Below, one piece after another: positions 51,191 through 61,538 of a stretch of DNA of 64,000 nucleotides (the first letter of the stretch is position 1; every line of letters begins with the position of its first letter). The notes below the pieces were generated by a model. That model saw only the letters and a list, made by a program, of their open reading frames with translations, searched no databases and had not been told where the DNA came from. This DNA is from Octopus vulgaris (Eukaryota): assembly GCA_951406725.2 (NCBI GenBank), contig OX597839.1:30318001-30382000 (forward strand), read 5' to 3'. The translations under genes and the position numbers were made by a program.

Positions 51191-54100
51191 ACATGCATGC
51201 TATCTCTCTCTTTCTCACACACATGCATGCTATCTCTCTCTCTCTCACACGCATGCACACACACATGCTGTCTATCTACCTGTTTCTCTCTTTCTCACTG
51301 TCAGACAAACACAGGCAATTCACAAGATTGAAATCCAAATCTCTCAGATTCTGCAAAACTGAAACATCTTCAGTCAGATAATTGTGTAAAAGACAAATAG
51401 ATGTTGAAAATGGATGAAGAAACATATGTCGACTTTAATTATAGTTAGAATGGCTGGATTGAGGTTCTGGAAACATCTTTGTCTCTTTGACACAAAGGAA
51501 GTAACAACTCTGCTGCTGGCTGCTGTAAATATGTTAACTTTTAACATAAAAGTAAAAAGCACCATCCGAATCGTGGCCAAAGCCAGTGCCGCCTCGACTG
51601 GCTTCCGTGCAGGTGGCACGTAAAATGCCCCAATCCGATCGTGGCCATTGCCAGCCTCGCCTGGCACCAGTGCAGGTGGCACGTAAAAAGCACCCACTAC
51701 ACTCACGGAGTGGTTGGCGTTAGGAAGGGCATCCAGCCGTAGAAACATTGCCAGATAAGACCGGAGCCTGGTGCAGCCTTCTGGTTTCCCAGATCCCCGG
51801 TCGAACCGTCCAACTCATGCTAGCATGGAGAACGGACGTTAAACGATGATAATAAAAGTACATTAAAATTGGGGCATAATGTCAGCTGCTATTAAATATG
51901 TTTGGCAGACATAACTCCCTGAAACTTCCAAATTAACATCTTATGCTAATGAGATTTTAAGGAGTTTCTCTCATGAAAAAATAAAAGAATTATATGGGAA
52001 TATGTGTCCCTGACAATGGTTTCTCAAAACAAGAAACACAGAAGAGATTATCTCTCTTCAAATGGTCCACTCTCCTCTTAACTGGCAACTCTCAATAATT
52101 CCATCAATAATAAGGATGTTATTTCTAAAAATATGTAAACAAGACACATGCAATTCAAAAAAATATTCTAGATTCTGTTTCCAGACAAAAATTTACAACA
52201 TACTGTAGCAGTGACTTTAACCAATCAGACATGACGATCATTTCCTGTAATTGGTATATTAAGCAGCCAATCAGTGTTAGGCCATTGCAGGATTCAAACT
52301 TCTAGAATCTTCTCTTTGTTCTTCATAAAAAAATGTCCCTTTTAGCATTAACACTCTTTGCAAAGCGTTGAGAACTGCCAACTCATTCACATGTTTCACC
52401 TTTTGCCAGGCAAAATGTTGAGGCAGCCACATGTGTCTCCATTCTTGAAACAGTCATACAGTTAAAACAAATGGCAGAGTATACAGCAGGTCCTGTCGTC
52501 ATGAATACAGCACAATTGTTCCCAGTTATGATGGTCCAGCCACAGATTGCCGCATCAGTAAGTTTGCAGTACACTCCAAGCAGTTTTGCTCTTCTCTTAT
52601 GTAATCATGGCTGTTGCTACTTGTAAAAGACCAACACAAGTTAAACTCTATTTGCAATGATAAAATCTACGAAAAGTTTGGGAGTTTCGTTCAGTTTCAG
52701 CCCAAGAAATATATTTTCATTCATCAACTCAATTAGTCATCACTCAACAAACAAAACTCATGTGCGACAATACAAATGAAAATACAGCTTAAAAAGTAAA
52801 CATTGGTCTTAAGAAGAAAAAAATCAAAAATGAAAGACGAAATCAAATTGTGAAATGTCTCACTTGTGTTCTGAGGAATTGGTCAGGAAATCCGGAGACG
52901 ACATACAAACATAATCTTCAGACAACTGATGGGAAAGTTTCCTGTTTTCAGTTTCTCCACCTTTAAACAAAAAACAAATCTTATAAAATAAAACCCTTAC
53001 TTACCCCAGTGCCACAGACGGGGGGGTGGGGGATCTATTGAATGGTTTCTTGCAGTGATATAAAGCCTAACATTTTGAAAAGGTGCAGTCCCCCATTATA
53101 TGACTAGTACCTATTCATTTATGTCATATTACAATATAATCAGTAAGGTAGTGAACCTGGCAGAACTGTTTGTATGCTGGACAAAAGGCTCAACGGATCT
53201 TCATGTTCTGAGTTCAAATTCCACCGAGGTTGACTTTGCCCTTTATCCTTTTGGGAGTCGATAACCCTTCCCCTGAAATTGCTGGTCTTGTGCCAAAATT
53301 TGAAAGCTTTAATTAAATAATTAGATGAAAATTAGTCTTTTCTTAAACAAGCACAAAGCTGGATATTTGTAGTGTCAAGTGAATTGGTCCCAGGATATAA
53401 CTGGTATTTATATTGCTAATGAAAGGCGAAATTAATTTCTGGAAGATTTTGAATGCTGAAAGTTTCAGGATGAAACCAAATTCTGGAAGGCATCTAGTTT
53501 GGTGCTGCATCACTTCCAGAGTTGAAGCGGTGGTCGTGGTGGTGGGTGGTGGGGTGTGGGCAACCATCCGTTGGGTGGACAAGACTGAGTTGCTCAAAAC
53601 CTCTGACATTTTTTTGATAAAAACCAACAATAAAACCATTCCTTGTCCATACTAGATCTTATGAACACAAGCATGACTTTGCAACCAACCATATAGATGC
53701 AGTGTTCAATCTCACCATGTGGCTCCTGAGGCAAACATCTTCCACAACAGTTCTGGCTGAACCAATACCTTCTTGTTGGTTGTTTCGTAGATAAAAATTG
53801 TGCACAAGTCCATTGTGTGTGTGCATATACACGTGTCATCACAAATTGTTGATGTAAAATATTAAATATTTTATAGAATTAGGTGGATTCACTAAAGGAT
53901 CATGCATTCTACTTTGATAGATGGGCCACACGGTGAGAGGGAGGGGGAGAGGAAGGAATGAGGGACAAAAAAAGGGACTGAATAAAGTAGGGGGGGAACC
54001 AAATAACAGTGATGAGTGTTGTATAAAGGAAGGGAGCATCGCTATGGTGTGTGTATACACACACACATAAACGCCCCCACCCCACAAATACAGTCATAAA

Positions 54101-57100
54101 TTATTAAAGGGTGACACTAACGAACCAGGTGACTAGAATTAGACTAAGTAGTGTCTCTATGGTTAGTACTAAACTAAACAATCATAAACAGTTGTAACTA
54201 AGCTACCAAAGGAGACCCAATGTGGTTAGGCAACCTGATAGAAATGGCACTTAAATCTTCCTTAAATAACATTGGATGATATACTCCTAGGTAGACAGTG
54301 TCTAAGTAAAACAGATATGGGCATGATTGGACTATATTTGCTTATGTGGACTAAACGACTACATCTACCTGTAATGAAGTCACTGTATAAGTCTCGAGTC
54401 ACACTGTCCCAGGCCCCAGGGGTGGTGTTGCTGGATCCAATGTTGCATGGGGAGATGCACAATGTTGCATGGGGAAAATATTTTGGAATTTGTTCCTGGA
54501 TGATACAGACTTGTCTGAACTCTTTGGCATTCAGATTACTCTGTCAAATGTGAAGGAGCATGGCTTGGTGGTTAGCATAGTCAGCTCAAGATTGTAAGGT
54601 TGTGGGTTCAATACCTGGCAGCATGTTGTGTTCTTGAAAAAAATTTTTATTTCACTTTGCTCTCGTTCACTCATCTAGCAAGAATTAAGGGTACTTGTAT
54701 TTCAAAAGGGCCAACCTTGCCACATACTAGGTCATGCTGAACTTCCTTGAGAGCTATGTTAAGGGTACAGGAGTCTGTGGAGTTCTCAGCCACTTGCATG
54801 TTAATTTCCTGAGCAGACTTTTCCATTGATCGGATCAACTGGAACCCTCAGATCATTGGAACCAACACATTGCCAGTTTTGATGACGATGACAAGGATAT
54901 CTCATAGTTTTCAGCTTTCAATGATGTTATTGCCTATTTTTAGAATGATATTATGAGAGGCCGGATCTGGCCAGTTTGAACAGAAAACATTTTGAATATT
55001 TGGGCCAGAAGGGGTCAGTTTAAATGCCACAGAGTGATCTTACTGTGACAAATATTCCATTTATTGCAAAATTATGTGAATTTGTTGTTTTTAAATTCCA
55101 GACCAATGTCTTCTACAATCATGGCACAGAAATTTGAGAAGAGAAACAATAAACAGTCTACTTTTTCAGGAAATGTCTCAGAACTGAAATATCTCAAATG
55201 ATTGGAAACCAGCAGCAGAAGTTCCTGGATACTTTTCCCCTTTCACAGACAACAGAATCCCATTTAAGGAGTTTGAGTCAGAAAAGGAAATGCCTGATCT
55301 AACATTGCTCCCTACAACATTGTTGTGGGTCATATCTCATTAGAGATTGGTGGTTCTCAACCTTTTTAATACCTGGGGTCAGATCTGAAACCTGGATTTT
55401 TTTAGGAGCCCACACCAATAAAAGTAAAAAACAAGTCAATTAAGGAAAAAATTATGTTTATAGAGAGAAGATTGTTGGGGTCGCTTAAGGGCTGCATGCA
55501 ACCCTTGGAGTCACAGTTGAGAGCTGTTATTCTGAAGACTTGTAACAACAACAATCTAGGTTACATACTTAATGCATAACAGACTCCTGCCCCCACCCGA
55601 ACCTTTGGCTAAAGTTTTAGACAACCCAAAATATTCTCAGAAATGTTTAAACAATATTCCGACTGAACTAGCTTTCATACAAGGTACACGAATTATAACA
55701 AATGTTATGTACACCATCATTAATTGCTTTAATTAAATGGTTGTTTCTGACTAATGAATCCCTTATTAGAAATGAGTGGGGATATGTGTGTGTGTGGTGG
55801 GGGAGAGTGTACATTATTGTTGCTTTGTCCCTTGGCTTTCCACCCACGACCATCCTGTTCATACTCTATCCAATGTCCTTGGCTGCTTCTAAGAGATTTG
55901 ACTCCATTTCTAGCAGGATGAATGACCACATAAAGGTCTTCTCAATGGATCGTGTGTTGTTGTTGTTGTTGTTGGAGAGACTTAGGTGTTTAGGTGAGAT
56001 TTGCATTCACAGGCTGGGTGGGTTCATTTGATGAAAGGGGTGTTGGGTTGATCCAGTGACATGATTCAAAATACCAGCTAACACAGGTGGGGAGAGAGAA
56101 AGAACAAAAACAAACATAAAACTTGAAAATACAACAACAAAAAAGAGAACTATAAGAATGTCTAACAACTTTCTAGAAGGAAGTAGTGGACTACGTATAG
56201 GAGTGTACAATTGAATGCAGGGTACTACGTGGAATGTAACCCCACAGCTTACAAGGGTACTTACTGTGTGAAGAATTGGATCTAGAAGAGAGATTTGAAA
56301 CAGTTAAAGGTCAAAAATAAAGAAAAGAAATATTTCAGTGTGTGTATGTGGACAGAGAGAGAGAGTGTGTATGTCATGTGTGTGTGTGTGTATATATGTA
56401 TGTATGTATGTATTTACCCCTTTTGACCCCAACCCAGCTGGAACTGCCCCTGATTCTATGATACAAACAGCCTGCTTTAAACCGGTCAAGATGAAAATCT
56501 TCCACCAAAATGCCGGGTCAATTCTGGGCAACTCGGATTGTCTCCCCTTCTCTTTTAACCCAGTTTAACGAAATCAAATATTTATCCTTATTCATGTTTT
56601 TGTTTTTTGCCACCAGCGATGTTTCTTCTCCTCGTGTTAGGTTATCTCCCTTTCCCCCATCCCCACTGCACGGCCAGTTTCTTTCTCTTCTGGTCATTTC
56701 CGAATATTGTGACCATCTAATTAAGACACATTTGTCCATTTGTCCTTATTCTTCTCTCTGCCCATCAATCCTTTCCATAGAAAAGAGGAGGATTCAAATA
56801 TTAAAGACTTTTCCCAATTTTTCTGAGCATCAACCAAAGACATCCTGTTTGCTTTTTTTCATCTTGTCTCCATGTTTTTTAAAACTTTTGTACTTTGTGT
56901 GTTTGTATCTATGTATGTATGCAAATGTACATGAGTGTGTGTGTGTGTGTGTGTGTGTGGACATAAAATTGTTAGGATAAAATAACAAAAGACTTACTAA
57001 CCAGGTTTAGTTTTCGAACCTGGTAAACTGTCGTTACTGGAAGAATCCTGCGAACTGGAGTTTCTGTTCAAAGAGAAAATACAGACAAAAAGATGTTTTA

Positions 57101-59127
57101 AAGCAAATAAATATGAGTGTGTGTGTGTGTGTGTGCAGAGAAACATACCCCATGAGACACGCATTATCATCATCATCATCATCATTTAGTGTCTGCTTTC
57201 CATGCTGGCATGGGTTAGATGGTTGGACCGGAACTGGTAAGCTGGAGTGCTGTGTTAAGCTCCAGTCATCTGTTTTGGCTTGGTCGCCATGGCCGGATGC
57301 CCTTCCTAACACCAACCACTCCAAGACTGCAGTGGGTGTCTTTAACATGTCACCGTTAGGGGCACTGTTAGGCGGCACTGTCAGGGGTACCTGCGTCTCC
57401 GGCACCGGCCATAACCGCGATTTCACTTGTGGCCATGCTGGAACACCACCTTGAAGAATGTTAGTAGAATGAATCAACCCTGACATATGCGTTTTTAAAA
57501 CTTCATATTTTATCGATCTCTTTCACTGAACCGCAAAGTTACGGAGGTTTAAACACAGCAACACCAGTTATCAAAAGGTGGTGAGGGTCAAACACAGGCA
57601 CAAAGAAATACGTACATACATATATATATATATATGTATATAGTTATATTAGAAGACATCTGGCCATGATGCCATGTGGTGGGATTGAACCAAGAACCAT
57701 GTGGTTGGGAAGCAAGCTTCTTACCACACAGTCACACCTGACAATATTTTTTCATTTTGGTCAATCCCTTGCTACTCTCAGTTTCCCCTGGGGATGCACA
57801 GGATCTTGGCCTGGTGACCCCGTGAGACATCATATTTGCAGGTTTGTGTTGTTGTTGTGAATGCAGTGCTTCTTTCTGGGCATCCAAATGAAACCCTTTA
57901 TTGAGCATCTGAAATAAACCTGACATACAGACGAGCCCTTTACAATCAAAACAGATGCCTCACATTTTCACAGCTCTGATATGTTTGTTTGGCTGCAGTG
58001 ACAATAATGAACATCACCACTTCGCTGTTTTCCTCATCATTTAACAGCCTCCTACCAGGTTGAATGTTTTGTGACAACATTATTGTTGTGTCCACCATGA
58101 TTTAACCCTCAGCATTTAAACCCGCCAGGTCCAGTTTAAATATTCTACCCATTTTATGTTCCAACTGGCCAGATCCAGCTTCTCACACCTACCCTACAAT
58201 GTCATTCTAAAAATAATCACATCATCAAACTGTTTGCAACTATGAGATGATTCATGATTAAACTAAAGTGAATCAATACGCATTACATTTGAACAGAGTA
58301 ATGTGAACGCTAAACAATTAACTAATTAATCACTCCCTGCCTGATTGGCACTTCATTCTGTCTTTAGTCATCTCTCTTAAGAAGAAGGAGACATTCTTCT
58401 CTTGTGGCAACTCAACACTTCTGGAATTCTTCTGATTAAAAAATGCAGTTCAAAGTGTTCTCGATGCCAATTCATCTGCAAAGTCCATTCGTTGTCAGGT
58501 GAAGAATTTCACAGATCACAGCACACACTTTTGCAGTGGAACCATTAACCACTGTTGTGGAACACTGTCCAGACTTGGGACCATCTTCGGCCCCAACGTA
58601 CTTGCATCTGAGCGATGCAAACATGGAAAAGTGTCAAAGTGATGACGATGACAACCTCACATACGTATATGTGAATAAGCAGATACAAACATAGACACAC
58701 ACACACTTTACAATTTTTGAAACTCACCTGTTATTTTTAGGCGATGGGATAGGAAGTGGAACGACAGTCTTCAAACTGAGACTCTCTTCTTGTTTCCTGG
58801 GGGGTAACGGAGGGGCTTCTGGTATTTTGTCTCTTGGCGGAATCGGTGGAGGCGTTTCACTGACATCTCGTTTTTTCATGGCTGAATCTGGTGGGAAATC
58901 AATATAATTTACTTGGTTAATTTCCCGCAAGGAGCGAGTTGATTGCCTCTTTATTGCATTCTTTCTTCTAAGCACGGAGTCCTCGCTGAACAACTGAGAG
59001 GAATTACTGTAGTTACCGGAATCTTGTAGTGACATCCAACTTAAATGTTTTGCCTTAGTGCATTGTGGGAAGGAATCTAGGTTTGAACATTTCGCAAAAC
59101 GAAACAAAAAAAAAGGAAAAAAATAAC

Positions 59128-59161
<34 letters not shown>

Positions 59162-61091
59162 CAATAATAATAATAAATGAACTTCCAAATGTATTTAATT
59201 TTATTGTAAATTTTATAACCTTTCTAAAAACTTATCTTTTTTCACTAAAATAGATGGAGGGGGAAAATGGGGTTAATTTAAAATAAGATCCTTGATAATG
59301 GTGGGGGAAGTGGAGAGATGGCTGTCTCAAGAATCAAAGCATGGAAGAGCTAGGAGAGTGGGAGAGAGAGAGAGAGAAGCATAGGTAACACTATCTACAA
59401 CATGCAAATAAATTTCCAATGATGTTTGAAGAATTCCATTTCAAAAACAACAACAACAACAGAAGTTATTTAATAAATTAATGAAATATCGAAATGGATG
59501 GTTTTCGTTATTGAGAAATGACTGACAAAGAATTACTGGAACCAGAAGAGTTTGTTGATGGATAATATAATGTCTAATGGTTGGTGTGATGGCTTTGTGG
59601 CTGAATATACTAGGTGGACTTGCCTCTTGTAGAGGACAGACAAAAGGTGTTCAGCAATTTGTTGCTGAACAACCTGTACAGGTGATTCTGTTTATAGATT
59701 GTGATCAAAGGATGCTTGTGTTGCCCCCCCCCCCCCACCTCCATCAAGTCATCTTGTCTCAGCAGATCACTTCAACATCTCACCTGTGACACATTGTCCC
59801 ATCTCAGATGAAGACATTGCTGAGCAATACAAGATGAAAATGCACTGCCAGGTCTGGGAATTGAAACCACAATCTCATGAATGCGAGTGCCACACCCTAA
59901 ACAATGCCATTTCACTAAATATCATTTTTTCCTCTTTCACTTGTTTCAGTTATTAGACTGTTGCCTTGCTGGGGGCAACCGCCTTGAGGAATTTTAGTCG
60001 AATACCTTGACCCCAGAACTTGTTACGCTTTTGAAAAGCCTGGAACTTATTCTATCATTCTCTTTTGTTGAACTGTTAAGTTATGAAGGCTGTAATCACA
60101 CCAATACCAGTTGTCAAGTGGCAGTGGAGGACAAACATATGCAGCAGGCTTCTTTCAGTTTCCGTCAACCAAATTCACTCAAGGCTTTGGTCAACCCAAG
60201 GCTATAGCAGAAGGCACTTGGCCAAGGTAACAAGCAGTGGGACTGAACTCAGAACTGCGTGGTTGGGAAGCAAACTCAACATTTTATTCCAGCATGTAGC
60301 TTGATTATATTTCCAAGTCTCTCAGTACTTTAACAGCAATTATACATTTAACTAAATGAATTTTGTGGTAAGTAGACTGCTTACCAACCACATGGTTCCA
60401 GGTTTAGTCCTACTGCGTGGCACCTTGGGCAAGTGCCTTCTACTATAGCCTCAGGCCGACCAAAGCCTTGAGTGGATTTGGTAGACGGAAACTGGAAGAA
60501 GCCTGTCATATATATGTATATATATATGTATATGTGTGTGTGTGTTTATGTGTTTGTCCCCCCAACATCGCTTGACAACCGGCGCTGGTATGTTTACGTC
60601 CCCGTAACTTAGCAGTTCGGCTAAAGAGACCAATAGAATAAGTACTAGGCTTACAAAGAATAAGTCCTGGGGTCAATTTGCCTGACTAAAGGCGGTGCTC
60701 CAGCATGGCCACAGTCAAATGACTGAAACAAGTAAAAGAGTATTTTAATTGCAATCAAATATCACTGTTCAATTACTTTAAACCTGATTTCTCCACTTCT
60801 AATGAATTCTCTGGGACAAACTTTGTACAGAAAGAAATATTTTCATAATTACAGATATTGGAGTTTTTTTTTTTTTTCTGTCTGTTTTAAGTAACTTTAA
60901 GTACGTCCATGATTAGAGTTGTGGAGTAAGTGTTATCTTTGCAAAACTATTCCAATTTTGTAATGGAGGAATGTAATATCAATTAATTAACTAATTAATC
61001 CATAAGTGATCCCTCACAGTATTCTACCAGGTAACCTCATGCTTGTAGTTACCAAAATAATGACCACAAGCAATGTGAGCCCTACCTATGC

Positions 61092-61122
<31 letters not shown>

Positions 61123-61503
61123 CACATGAGTGAAGGTGCATGGCTTGGTGGTAAGGATATTTGGCCCATGATTGTAGGGTTGTGAGTTCAATTCCCAGTG
61201 GCACGTTGCGCCCTTGAGCAAGGCACTTTATTTCACATTGTCCCAGTCCACTCAGCTGGCAAAAATGAGTGGTACTTGCAGACGGAGTGCCAATGTGTAC
61301 CAATATCTTACTTCTAACCACACAATGGGACCAGCCTGGAGTAATTGCAGCCAAGTTCCTGGTAGCCATTTTGGACTTCTTGCATCTCTTCAGTCAGTTA
61401 ACTGAGACCCAAAAACTCGGTTTCTGGAAGCCTTTGAAACTTTATCACATGAGGCCAAATCAAGCGGCTTTGAATAATAATAATAATAATAATGGGGACA
61501 CGG

Positions 61504-61538
<35 letters not shown>

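Noticed and set aside
52330-52620. Unique, coding-looking intronic segment
   Set aside because: No recognisable motif or convincing splice sites, and the flanking ephexin exons already join in phase
56510-56980. 156-aa plus-strand ORF
   Set aside because: Low-complexity, ends in a TG repeat, no domain, antisense within an intron
60364-60440. tRNA genes at SINE heads
   Set aside because: They continue into SINE bodies present in many decayed copies
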